Shown here: in pieces, positions 14,028 to 26,017 of the stretch | How positions within the stretch are numbered: position 1 is the stretch's first letter | Layout of the letters: each line of letters opens with the position of its first letter | Origin: Octopus vulgaris | Lineage: Eukaryota | Length of the DNA stretch: 64,000 bases | NCBI GenBank assembly: GCA_951406725.2 | Contig: OX597814.1 | Coordinates: 214,768,001 to 214,832,000, forward strand | Reading direction: 5' to 3' | Translations under genes and position numbers: made by a program | Notes under the pieces: model-generated | The model's database searches: none | Seen by the model: only the letters and a program-made list of their open reading frames with translations | What the model was told of the DNA's origin: nothing

Positions 14028-15082
14028 CCTTTCTTTTATGAAGTCAAAATTCCTTTTCATGATGGAGTTTAAATTACTATTCCAAACTGATATTAAACAC
14101 AACAAAAGTTGTTGTTGAGAAGAATGCTTACTTTGGAATTGGGTTAACTCAGAACAAAGATAGTATTTATAGTTTTTAACTCTCACATCATCAGTTTTGA
14201 AGATTTGCATAAGCTTCAAATGCATTACAATTTGGTAGAAAATAGCAAATAATCAAAAAAATGCTATGTAGTTACTTGATCTGATTGTCCTAGCAACAAA
14301 ATCTTCCTCAACAAATTTCTTAGCATTTTAAATTTTTAAATAGTACAGTGTGTTTTAAGTTCTAAATTTTACAATTTATCCTGTTATCATTTAGAGAGTA
14401 GTTTCCATGAGAGAGAAACAATATTCTATCAATACTGATTTCATATTTTGGCACAATGCCAGCAATTTCAGGGTTAATCTCATCAATTTTTTTCTCTTTC
14501 TGTCACTAGGAATTTTGTTCAATCCTTACTTCTTAGACTAGTGACTATCTGGAATCTCCACCTATGTTTTTCCTACAGATACACCGGCTCCAGTGATCAC
14601 CTGGTACTTATTTTATCAACCCCAAAAGGATGAAAGGTAAAGTCGACCTAGGTGGAATTTGAATTGAGAACGTAAACATGGTTGAAATGCCTCTAAGCAT
14701 TTTGCTGGCACGATAATGGTTCTGACAGCTCGCCGCATTAATACTCAATCAATACTGATAGTATGAAAGCAGTTCAATATCAATGCAATGTAATGTTCCA
14801 GTTAATATCATGCTGGTATGCTGCTTCTAAGAGATATTTCTTGTGAATATTAAAAGAAAAATTTTGACTTTAATTTCTTCAAATCTTATTTTGTAGATTT
14901 ACATATTGCTTTTGTAGCTTGATTTGTACCAGATTTGTTGGGATGAGTTGTTGGTTAGTTTGTGGAAGCTGTGGGTAATGATTTAACAACACCAAGCATA
15001 CAGTTAACATGATTTATGGTTGCTGTATTAGTCATATGAAGTTATTCATGAATTACAAAGAGTCAGCAAGATGAAAGAAATA

Positions 15083-15877
15083 TGAGGTGCTGAAAACTTC
15101 CTGGATTTAGGTAAGAGAAAATGACAGGTGGATCAGTTGATTATGATTTTATACAACATGTTACCCTCTCAGGTTCACACACTTATTGCAGCAGTCCTTC
15201 AGTTTTTCTAAGCCCTGTAAAAGAACTTGGAAGATTGGGCCTCCAAACAGGCCTTTCACGATACCGTAGATCCTCGAGTATAGTCCACCCTTCAGTATAA
15301 TATGCAGGGGATTTTTAGGGAGTTGTACCTCTGAAAAACCTAAACCTTGTGTATAATACGCACCCCTTCTCTAACTTGAGTCGTGCGTAATTAAGCCAGC
15401 AGCACCTAGTCGAACAAACACTTCCGCACATGTGTAATACAATAATGGTGATGTTCTTAACTGTTATATGGGAATGTAAATATGTTTGCAAATTGTTTTT
15501 GTTACATGTTATTCTGTATTCTGAATACTTTTATTTTAATAAATGTTGCTAACTGCAAGTTATAGAAGATTCTTCATTGCTTTCAGGCTTAGCTTGAGGT
15601 ATTTTTGCGCCTGACATCACAAAATGTGTCTGAATAAACATTGCCAGACAGCAAATAGAGACTCAGACATTGCTTAGAAAATATTTTTCATTTTTAACCT
15701 CGTGTGCCCCAGCACGGCCACAGCTTGTGAGCCGAAACTAGATAAAATAAAATAAAATAAAAATAAAAAATATTGTATGCACAAGGGATTTTGACCTTTA
15801 AATTTTGGGAAAAAAATGTGGATTATTCTTGAAGATTTATGGTACCCTTAAAGCCCAGGAACTTTCCATCCCCTCCG
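15083..15877. mobile_element. mariner-type MITE containing a nested pogo-like MITE
   Basis: Left TIR gaggtgctgaaaacttcctggatttaggta versus right-end reverse complement gaggggatggaaagttcctgggctttaagggta. Confidence 0.55.
15264..15842. mobile_element. pogo/Tigger-like MITE with TA TSD
   Basis: TIRs ta-ccgtagatcctcgagtatagtccac and (reverse complement) ta-ccataaatcttcaagaataatccac; contains a CR1-tail insertion at about 15700-15770. Confidence 0.75.
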
Positions 15878-16406
15878 TCATATAATGCAAGATACAAAGT
15901 TGCTGGATATCAAAATTTACTACTGGGGCTGGATTAAACACAAAGAATACATATACATGTACCACTTTATGTCTTCTAACACAATCACATATCAATTAAG
16001 CATGATAGAACAATTAAGAAAGAGTGTGTCTTTCATACTGCAACCAACAACACACTTAAGTTTGGCACTGAAAAAGGATTGTATAGGCCTTGTAGGAAAA
16101 TATTCTAGGACCTTCCAGAATCATCTTTCACTTGATGTCTGGCTTCTGGCTGGACAATAACTCAGTTGTGCACATGACCAAGCTGTTGCTGTGTCATGGC
16201 TTGACATTCACAATGTGGCAACATGGGTTCATGTCCTGCTGTGCCTTAAAGTAATTCCTTTTCTACATTTAATACAAGTTTTATTAAATACAGGACATCA
16301 ACAATATGAAATCCTTAGCTAATATTTATGAAATAAGGTTAGAGTTAGACTAATGAAATATCAAAACAAGAAATATAATTCCCTGTAGTAGAATTCAACA
16401 AAGTGC

Positions 16407-16915
16407 TTCCCTGATGATCCATTGCAGTCAGACATCCAAATGGTCTTGGAGCATCCAATACTGAATTCCAAATAACTGCAATGGTGTTATATACTCTTTT
16501 ACTCTTTTACTTGTTTCAGTCATTTGACTGCGGCCATGCTGGAGCACCGCCTTTAGTCGAGCAAATCGACCCCGGGACTTATTCTTTGTAAGCCCAGTAC
16601 TTATTCTATCGGTCTCTTTTGCCGAACCGCTAAGTGACGGGGACGTAAACACACCAGCATCGGTTGTCAAGCAATGCTAGGGGGGACAAACACAGACACA
16701 CAAACACATACACACACATATATATATATATACATATATACGACAGGCTTCTTTCAGTTCCCGTCTACCAAATCCACTCACAAGGCATTGGTTGGCCCGG
16801 GGCTATAGCAGAAGACACTTGCCCAAGATGCCACGCAGTGGGACTGAACCCGGAACCATGTGGTTGGTTAGCAAGCTACTTACCACACAGCCACTCCTGC
16901 GCCTATATGTAGGAA
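16407..16915 (+). ncRNA. Hammerhead ribozyme relic split by a SINE
   Basis: UUCC-CUGAUGA-U-CCAUUGCAGU...ACUGCAAUGG (perfect 10-bp stem II)-UG[SINE 16491-16904]AUAUG-UA-GGAA. Confidence 0.55.
16491..16904 (-). mobile_element. tRNA-derived SINE family A, full length
   Basis: A-box gtggctgtgtgg, B-box gggttcagtccc, tail ggcggtgctccagcatggccgcagtcaaatgactgaaacaagtaaaagag. Confidence 0.9.
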
Positions 16916-17069
16916 CTAATATAATCTATACTTGGGTTTATCTTAATTTTCCACTACATATGTTCTACATATCTTAACTAGTAACACCGCTAAGTACAGT
17001 GCTAGACTAAACACTATACTGGAAGCATAATCTACGTGAAGCTTCAACTCATACAGTAATAGTTGTACA

Positions 17070-17498
17070 GAACCGTTAGCATGCTGGGCGAAATGCGTAA
17101 TTAATATCATATGTCCTTTTCAAGGAGAATGATATAATATATTATTTTATAATAATACAATATAATATATCATATTATTATAATATAAGATAATATGACT
17201 TGTCCATGGCCAAAACACTTGTCTATCAATAATTAACACTATAAGCAAGGTACTACAAGGCTATTGTTGTGTTTGAGTTTTCCTGAGGACTTAGTCCTTG
17301 ACAGAAGTGGCAGAAACATTAACACGCCGGGTGAAATGCATAGCTGTATTTCGTCTGCCGTTACGTTCTGAGTTCAAATTCCGCCGAGGTCGACTTTGCC
17401 TTTCATCCTTTCGGGGTCAATAAATTAAGTACTTAATCCCTTTGTCTGTCCTTGTTTGTCCCCTCTATGTTTAGCCCCTTGTGGGTAGTAAAGAAACA
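17070..17498 (+). mobile_element. Chimeric MetaSINE insertion carrying a copy of 12348-12525
   Basis: SINE head fragment, then the 180-bp copy, then a SINE, all between TSDs aatagttgtaca (17058-17069) and aataattgtaca (17499-17510). Confidence 0.75.
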
Positions 17499-18834
17499 AA
17501 TAATTGTACATCTAACTATAGACACAAGAGATAAGAAATATATTTCAAACTAAACCTGTTCTGTTTATTAAAAATATATTTGTTTAACATTGATATGCAA
17601 CCATGTTTTTTAGGCAGAATAAATGGGATGTAATGTAGTGTTGTGTCTTTGCTGACATTGTGATGCGTTAAGGTGAGGAGCTGACAGAAATGTTAGCATG
17701 TCGGCTTAGAGTCTGTCTTTATGTCCTGAGTTCAAATTCTACCAAGGTTGATTTTACCTTTCATCCTTTTGGGGTGATGAAATAAGTACCTGTGGAGTAC
17801 TGTGGTGGATGTAATCAACTTACTCCTCCCCTGTAATTGCTGACCTTGAGCCAAAATTTGAAAGCAATATTGTCATGCCTTTGCTAAGAGCATTAACAGC
17901 CTAACTGATCCGATATCACATCTATGTAAAATCAAAAATAACTCATTGAACTGTGTCGACCAGGAGCTTTCAATTCAATATTTAAATATTTCTCTATGGT
18001 ATTTAGGATGGTTACATACTTTAAAGCAGGAGTAAAAGCCAGTATTTTTTTTTTTTTTTTTGGTAAAATGTCACTTATATGCAGCCATTTAGTATGTTTT
18101 GAAGTAATTATTTCTGATATTTAGAGATACATTCTTTCAGAAAAGTCATATTTTGCATCAGAAACAAGTGGTTGAGTAGATTTATGACTGAGAAATACTT
18201 GATTCATGGTTAAGTTTATCATGTTATATATAGAGGTTTATTTATTAGCTACTTGTCCATTTTTCCTGATATATATTGATTCTGAGCTAATAAACCACAA
18301 TTTATGTCAATAAGATTCCTGTTATATATATTGGTATTTATCTATGTCTATTTGGTATAATAACCTATTTTTATTAATTTTTTTGTTTTTCATGTTATTG
18401 CTTCTTTTATTCATTTGCCACCTTGCCATTATTGTTCCTAATTATGCTGGCATCTATATTGCTTCTGCCTGCCATTGTTTTTGACATTAGGCTTCCCCTG
18501 AGGACTATTAATATTAAAAAAAAAAAACTGGGTTGATAGCTAAAGTTTTTATTTTTTATTTGAACTGTTTTCGTCTACAGATTATTTCTATGTTATTTAT
18601 GATCGACGTAAATTATAAAAGTTCTACTAACCTAATGCTAGACATAGCTGTTGTGTTGTACCGTGCTGGTCCGAATACGGTCTCATGCAACCCATTATGT
18701 TCAAAAAGTTCTTTCAACTAAATGACTAAGAAAAATGTAGAACTGTTATAGTACAAATGCTATGGACTGATATCTATATCATGGACAAAATGGAAGGGGG
18801 GAAGCATGTAGCAAGATGTATGTTTATTAATCAA

Positions 18835-19234
18835 CTAGCAGTATCGCCCGGCATTGCTCGGGTTTGTAAGGGAAATAACTATATAAGCATTTTTAGAGAG
18901 TTATAGCCAAAAAATAGCAAAAAAAAATGCATTAAGAATGGAAAAAAAATGATGGTAATTTTTTTTAAAAATCGTTGACTCATCGTAGACATTTTTAGAG
19001 AGTTACTTCCCTTATATAATAGCGAAAAAATGCATTAAAATGGAAAAAAATGATGGTAAATTATTTTAAAAATCGTAGACTCATCGTAGACGTGCACTAA
19101 TACCCAGAAGGGCTCGATATGAATCACGACTATAAGATACCCGCTTTTGGTTACACTGCACCGCAAAATGTGGGAGTAGTTAGGAATCTAAATCGTAGGA
19201 GACAGACACACAACCTTACTTTTATATATAAAGA
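18835..19234 (-). mobile_element. Non-autonomous Helitron
   Basis: 5' TC, 3' hairpin cccgagcaatgccggg followed by CTAG, inserted between A and T, no TSD. Confidence 0.8.
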
Positions 19235-19681
19235 TGTTATGTTATATTGATTACATATTTCACAGAATTACCCTGCTGAGGAGCATCTACGAGTAGCTGA
19301 AGTATTAGAACGCAAGCTTTTTGGGAGAAGGATTAAAGTTTATTTAAAGCCTTTAGGACTCCTTCAACTCATTAAATAGATACCTTCAATGTCCAAATCA
19401 TCATCATCATCATCATCCTTGTCATCATTGTCCTCATCGTCGTCGTATTCATCATCGTCATTGTCATCATTGTTTAACATCCACTATTCCATGCATGCAT
19501 GGGTCAAACAGAATTTGTTGAGGCAGATTTTCCATGGCTGGATGGCCTTCCTGACACTAACTCTCACCTGTTTTCAAGAAGACGTAATATTTCTGCCAGT
19601 CTTGGAAGAATGGAAATGAAGGACACTGCTTGCATGACAGTGGCACTTGCTTATAACTGTCACACAATGCCAGAGCAAGGA

Positions 19682-19718
<37 letters not shown>

Positions 19719-20061
19719 AAGCGCACATGCACAGAGAGAGAGAGAGAGTGTATCTACTTTCAGTTTCCATCTACCAAATCCACTCACAAGTCTTTCACTG
19801 GCCTAGGGCTATAGTATAAGACACTTGCCCAAAGTGCCACACAATGGGACTGAACCTGAAACTACTTAGCTATAAATGGTAAAAAGTGCAATTCACTGCT
19901 TTAAGAAATGAGGACATGACAGTAATCCCTTGCCATATCACGGTTCACCTGTTGCAGTTCACCTGGTTATCCTATCATGGTTTACCTATCGTGGTTTGTT
20001 ATTTAAGCTTACATCAATTCCTCTGTGGTATTTTCAATTTATAATAAAATAAATACATACA

Positions 20062-20239
20062 ACACTCACTGGTAAAATTTCCACTTTTTTCTTATTTTTA
20101 TTTTCCTAAAATTTTCGTTGCGTCTTGCAACCTTTTCAATAGTTTTCAATAGTCAAAACTATTGAAAAGGTTGCAAGACACAATGAAAATTTTAGGAAAT
20201 TAAAAATAAGAAAAAAATGGAAATTTTACCGGCGAGTGT
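20062..20239. repeat. 85-bp inverted repeat (Penelope pLTR-like) with a hammerhead motif in each arm
   Basis: Arms 20062-20146 and 20155-20239, 8-bp spacer. Confidence 0.85.
20106..20142 (-). ncRNA. Minimal type I hammerhead motif, U3-A8 core variant
   Basis: CUA-UUGAAAA-G-GUUGC-aagac-GCAAC-GAAA-AU-UU-UAG; a CpG-decayed mirror copy lies on + at 20159-20195. Confidence 0.6.
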
Positions 20240-20806
20240 AAGTACCTTGCGAGAAAAGCTGGACCTAAGAAGCATCAGTTGTGGTGTGCAAGAGAGATGT
20301 TTGCCCTGGTATGGTCATGTGGCGAGAATGGATGAAGATAGTTGTATGAAAAAGTGGCACACCCTAGCGGCTGAGGGAACCTGTGGAAGAGGTAGACCCA
20401 GGAAAACCTGGGACAAGGTGGTGAAGCACGACCTTCGAACTTTAGGTCTCACCGAGGAAATGACAAGAGACCGAGACCTTTGGAAGTATGCTGTGCGTGA
20501 GAATACCTGGCAGGACAAGTGAGACCATAACCTGTGGCCTCTACTTGGGATAGAGCCAGTCCACTTATGCATACCTTTCCTTCTTGGGACACAAAACTCT
20601 ACTTGTGAAGACCTGTTGAGGCAAGTGAAAATCAAAATCAAAATCGAAATCGATCAACATCAATGGAAATTGTAGCTGTGATACCAGTGCTGGTGGCACA
20701 TAAGAGAACCATCCAAACGTGGCCGTTGCCAGCGCTGGCCCGATTGGCCTCCGTGCCGGTGGCATGTAAAAAGCACCATCCGATCGTGGTCCGTTGCCAG
20801 CAGGCC
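20234..20806 (+). mobile_element. RTE LINE 3' fragment
   Basis: WYGHVARMDEDSCMKK...GRGRPRKTWDKVVKHDL...DRDLWK, the RTE C-terminal signature, followed by 3' UTR. Confidence 0.85.
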
Positions 20807-21058
20807 CAAATATGCCACCCCTATTGAAGCATTCCTAGGTAGACAAGTACTCCCTTGCCCCACTGTCACTAGTTACATTACTGCTCAAGAGGTTGCAGAA
20901 ACCACTATGTAATAGTTTGATCTAACAGAAATAACAGCCAAATTCACCTCTAATCATGCTCTAATATCTGCTTTTGGTTATAGCTTTGCTTGATCGGGTT
21001 TGAAGAGCTAATCAGCAACAATGATCCAGATGTCCAATATCTTTTATTGTCATGAATT

Positions 21059-21444
21059 GTGGAGGCGCAATGGCCCAGTGGTTAGGGCAGCGGACTCGCG
21101 GTCGTAGGATCGCGGTTTCGATTCCCAGACCGGGCGTTGTGAGTGTTTATTGAATGAAAACACCTAAAGCTCCACGAGGCTCCGGCAGGGGATGGTGGTG
21201 ATCCCTGCTGTACCCTTTCACCACAACTTTCTCTCACTCTTACTTCCTGTTTCTGTTGTACCTGTATTTCAAAGGACCGGCCTTGTCACTCTCTGTGTCA
21301 CGCTGAATATCCCCGAGAACTACGTTAAGGGTACACGTGTCTGTGGAGTGCTCAGCCACTTACACGTTAATTTCATGAGCAGGCTGTTCCGTTGATCGGA
21401 TCAACCGGAACCCTCGTCGTCGGAACCGACGGAGTGCTTCCACC
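21059..21444 (+). mobile_element. tRNA(Arg)-like SINE, OR-type, tail variant 2
   Basis: Same head as 11328 but a different 3' half; TSD attgtcatgaattg. Confidence 0.85.
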
Positions 21445-21836
21445 ATTGTCATGAATTGATCAAATACACAAGGGACAATAAAAAAAAAAATGAACCCACT
21501 AGGTTTAAAGATTTAGTTATAATTTCATAATATAGAAACTGCAGTAATTTACCAGCTGACATCATCATTACCATTGTTTTTAACATCCATTTTTCCATAC
21601 TTGAATGGGTGAAGTAGATTTCATGAAGAAGATTTTTATGGTTAGATGACCACACGTTTCCAAACAAGGTAATATATTCCTATAGCCAGATCAGATATGT
21701 TCTCAAGGAAGATTGGAAATGAATAACGCTGCTTCTATGATGGTAACACTCGATTACAAAAGTGGTACAATGTCTATTTAAGCAAACACAATACACGTAC
21801 ATCCATGTTCAAATAAACCCACCTACACACACACAT

Positions 21837-22214
21837 ACCACCACCACCACCACCACCGCACCCACCACCACCACCGCCGCACCCACCACCACCACCACCG
21901 CCGCCGCACCCACCACCACCACCACCGCACCCACCACCACCACCACCACCATCACCACCACAACCACCACCACCACCACCGCCGCACTCACCACCACCAC
22001 CACTGCCGCCGCACCCACCACCACCACCACCGCACCCACCACCACCACCACCACCATCACCACCACAACCACCACCACCACCACCATCACCACCACCACC
22101 ACCACCATCACCACCACCACAACCACCACCACCACCACCATCACCACCACCACCACCACCACCACCACCACCACCACCACCACCACCACCACCACCACCA
22201 CCACCACCACCACC
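21837..22214. repeat. (CAC)n trinucleotide array with higher-order duplication
   Basis: Directly visible; interrupted by recurring gccgcacc/atcacc units. Confidence 0.95.
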
Positions 22215-22365
22215 CTCATCATCATTTAATGTCTGTTTTCCATGATGGCCCTAATTGAACAGTTTGACAGGAGCTGGCAAGGCCAGGAGCCACACCAGGT
22301 TCCACAGTCTGTTTTGACTTGGTCTCTACAGCTGGATGTCCTTCCTAATTTCAACCACTTTACAG

Positions 22366-22790
22366 AGCAGGAGTGGCTGTGTGGTAAGTAGATTGCTTAC
22401 CAACCACATGGTTCCGGGTTCAGTCCCACTGCGTGGCACCTTGGGCAAGTGTCTTCTACTATAGCCTCGGGCCGACCAAAGCCTTGTGAGTGGATTTGGT
22501 AGATGGAAACTGAAAGAAGCCCGTCGTATATATGTATGTATGTATATACATTTATGTGTATGTGTATGTTTGTGTGTCTGTGTTTGTCACCCTAGCATTG
22601 CTTGACAACCGATGCTGGTGTGTTTACGTCCCTGTCACTTAGCAGTTCGGCAAAAGAGGCCGATAGAATAAGTACTGGGCTTACAAAAAGAATAAGTCCT
22701 GGGGTCGATTTGCTCGACTGAATGCGGTGCTCCAGCATGGCCGCAGTCAAATGACTGAAACAAGTAAAAGAGTAAAAGAGTAAAGAGTAA
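22366..22790 (+). mobile_element. tRNA-derived SINE family A
   Basis: Full head and tail; further copies at 23275-23682 (-), 37433-37787 (+), 43580-43973 (-), 48494-48866 (+), 49500-49913 (-) and 56212-56633 (+). Confidence 0.9.
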
Positions 22791-23274
22791 ATTGTTTTGA
22801 TGACCTGAGCAGCAAAACTAGTAACTATTTTACTGTTGTGATAATGAAATATTTGCATTCCCAGTTATAATCTTCATAAAAAAAAAAAGTGCTGAACGGA
22901 AAAGGAGGGAAATATCAAATATCTTGTGGAAAGATATAAGGTACATAAAGCTGAAGAATTTCCGAATAAAAAACAAACAAAACAAAATACAAAACCGAAG
23001 TAGAATAAATAGCACACCTATATTTAGTGTTGCTGTTCTGTTCTAATCTTAGTAAGAAGGACTGGTTTAGTTTATATTTAGTGTGGTTGCTATCTTTACT
23101 AAGTACTTCTTAAGCTCTGCAACTATTTTCAGGTTTCTGTTGTTTAAAGAAAAGCTAAGATATTAATATGTTTCTGTCTTAAAATATGCAGTAACTGAAT
23201 AATGCATTAGTTCACCGAATAAAGATGGTTTAGTCTGTATTTATAATTTTTATTAGTCCACTGACTTCTTTTAA

Positions 23275-23478
23275 ATACTCTTTTACTTGTTTCAGTCATT
23301 TGACTGCGGCCATGCTGGAGCACCGCCTTTAGTCGAGCAAATCGACCCTGGGACTTATTCTTTGTAAGCCCAGTACTTATTCTATCGGTCTCTTTTGCCG
23401 AACCGCTAAGTAACGGGGACATAAACACACCAGCATCGGTTGTCAAGCAATGCTAGGGAGACAAACACAGACACATGA

Positions 23479-23509
<31 letters not shown>

Positions 23510-23682
23510 CATATATACGATGGGCTTCTTTCAGTTTCCGTCTACCAAATCCACTCACAAGGCTTTGGTCGGCCCGAGGCTATAGTAGAAGACACTTGCC
23601 CAAGGTGCATCGCAGTAGGACTGAACCCGGTAACATGTGGTTGGTAAACAAGCTACTTACTACACAGCCACTCCTGCGCCTA
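23275..23682 (-). mobile_element. tRNA-derived SINE family A
   Basis: Reverse complement of the 22366 copy; the two form an inverted pair about 480 bp apart. Confidence 0.9.
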
Positions 23683-24154
23683 AATGATAAAAGTTTCTAT
23701 GAAACACTTTTACTTGATGAACAAAGACAGGTTTCAGGTATTGCTGTGTTGTTTAGAAGTCCACATTTCAACTATTTGGCTTTGAGTTTGATCCCACCAT
23801 ACTGTACCTTCTTATATCATGGAATCAGGTTGACTAAAGCTTTGGGGCTGAAATTTGACTAACAGAAACTGTGAGGTACACACACACATACATAAGGTGT
23901 TAACCTTATGGTAAAACCATTAGCTCAAAAAATGCTTAGTGGCATTTCATCTGTCTTTACGTTCTGAGTTCAAATTCCACCAAGACTGACTTTACCTTTC
24001 ATCCTTTTGGGGTTGATAAAATAAGTACCAGTTGAGCACTGGAGTCGATCTAACTGAATTACACCCTCCTCTTAAAATTGCTGGCCATGTGCCAAAGTTT
24101 GAAGCTAATATACATACATACATGTATGTATGCACATATGTATGTATGTGTGTC

Positions 24155-24676
24155 AGATCACTTTTGAGTGCTACTGGTAACATGTAACCCAGTACCCTCT
24201 TTTTCATGGTCGGGTCGTCGGTGAGGAGGGTGTTTATTGGTCACCTGCGGGATGAAAAACAAAACCCGTCAAAGGGCGGAGGAACTCTTGAGAGTCAACG
24301 GCCATCCAATAAATGTTTTAAGGCTGGATCATGCGCGGGGACATAGAAATAATCAGACTGAATACCCGATCGCGCAGTTAAACCATTGGGAGTGAAGGTC
24401 TCCTAGCCTTTGTTAGGGCATCCTTCTAGAAGAAGGCAACTCAGGTAACTGGGATAACTCCGACATAAAACCTGCAGCTCAATGTTGACTTGTTTTTCTT
24501 TTCGGATTATGGCTGCTGTTGCTTAGTGAGTGGGATTGACTCAGTGCACAACCTTTCCTCACTTTAAAAAATATCTTCTTGCACAGGCATTGCACAATAA
24601 CAACATTGATTAAGCTTCGTGCAATGGCCATACTCGATAACGAGGGGGCAGCCACCATGTATGCATGTATGTATGT
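24155..24676 (+). mobile_element. Probable RTE-derived non-autonomous retroposon
   Basis: Contains gggcatccttctagaagaaggcaactc...aaacct (RTE 5' UTR-like motif); flanked by (TATG)n. Confidence 0.4.
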
Positions 24677-25937
24677 ACACTTGCATGATTTTTGCTGACT
24701 TGACGGGGCTGTCTGTGGAGTTGATAGTCATCCAACAGTTGGGAGTGGGAGGCCCCTAGACTTTGTTTAGATATCTCTCTAGAAGGAAAGCTCTGATGCA
24801 ACACCTGTAACTTCATTTGCATCCAGTGATGTAGATTAATTGGGGTGATGGGGCGGCAAAAGCATACATTGTTCAGAGAGCAGGATTGGCTCTGTGTAAG
24901 GCATTCCCCCCACTTTGAAAAGCTTCAGACAGGCATTGCTTGATTTTTACCTGCATACTATGGCTGTCCATAGTCAAAAAAGGGCCAAACACTTAATGAA
25001 AAATTCCATGATGGAATGAAGGTATGCGTCAGCAAGGGTGGAAAATCTCTGAACACCTACTGCAAGAGGCAGCACTGTTACCACAGAGCCACACCTGTAC
25101 TGCTTTAAAAGAACAATCAAGTGATGGCAATGCTTGAAGTTGAGTGGCAGCAATCATGGATGTATTCATCATCATCATCATCGTTTAACATCCGCTTTCC
25201 ATGCTAGCATGGGTTGGACGGTTCAACTGGAGTCTAGGGAGCCCGAAGGCTGCACCAGGCTCCAATCTTGATCTGGCAGAGTTTCTACAGCTGGATGCCC
25301 TTCCTAATGCCAACCACTCCATGAGTGTAGCGGGTGCTTTTACGTGCCACCGGCACAGGGGCCAGTCAGGTGGTACTGGCAACAACCTCGCTCGAATGTT
25401 TTTACACGTGCCAGTAAGGCGATGCTGGTAACGATCACACTTGAATGGTGCCTTTTGCGTGCCACCGGCACCAAAGCCAGTTAGCCGCTCTGGCAACGAT
25501 CATGCTCGGATGGTATAAAATATTTTCAGGTTTGATCTTTTTAATGAAGGATCTTCATATTTCCTTAAAAGACCTTATGTTTAGTTTTGAATAGTAACAT
25601 ACTTAGATCAATTAGTCCATTAATGTTTCAAGATGTTCACAGTTCCATCTTCGGAATAAGGTAAAGGTTCAAACAGTATGCAAGACACTCCACTTACACC
25701 TGTTTCATTCCCATGTAATCTACACAATGCTTTAAGTGGTATATATTTTGGCATATCAAGAATGACATTCAGTTACTTTTAACAACCTGAATTTCTCTAT
25801 AGTGAGAGATAGTTACATAAAGATCCATGGTCACTCTCTAGTGATGTGAATAAATCATTTTTGCTAAACACTACTGTCTTGAATATGATGATCACATTTT
25901 TAAAGTTTGTCAAAGAGTATAATAGAGAGAAAGAGAG

Positions 25938-26017
<80 letters not shown>

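Noticed and set aside
16428-16977. Recurrent ORFs such as YQIHSQG...EDTCPRCHAVGLNPEPCGW
   Set aside because: Translations of SINE family A, not a gene family.
18498-18545. Additional hammerhead-like starts (also about 19276 and 53932 minus)
   Set aside because: CUGANGA with partial stem II, but no GAAA or stem III/I; too degenerate to call.
21762-22229. Mucin-like poly-Thr / poly-Val ORFs
   Set aside because: CAC microsatellite next to an RTE tail; no signal peptide, splice context or synonymous variation.
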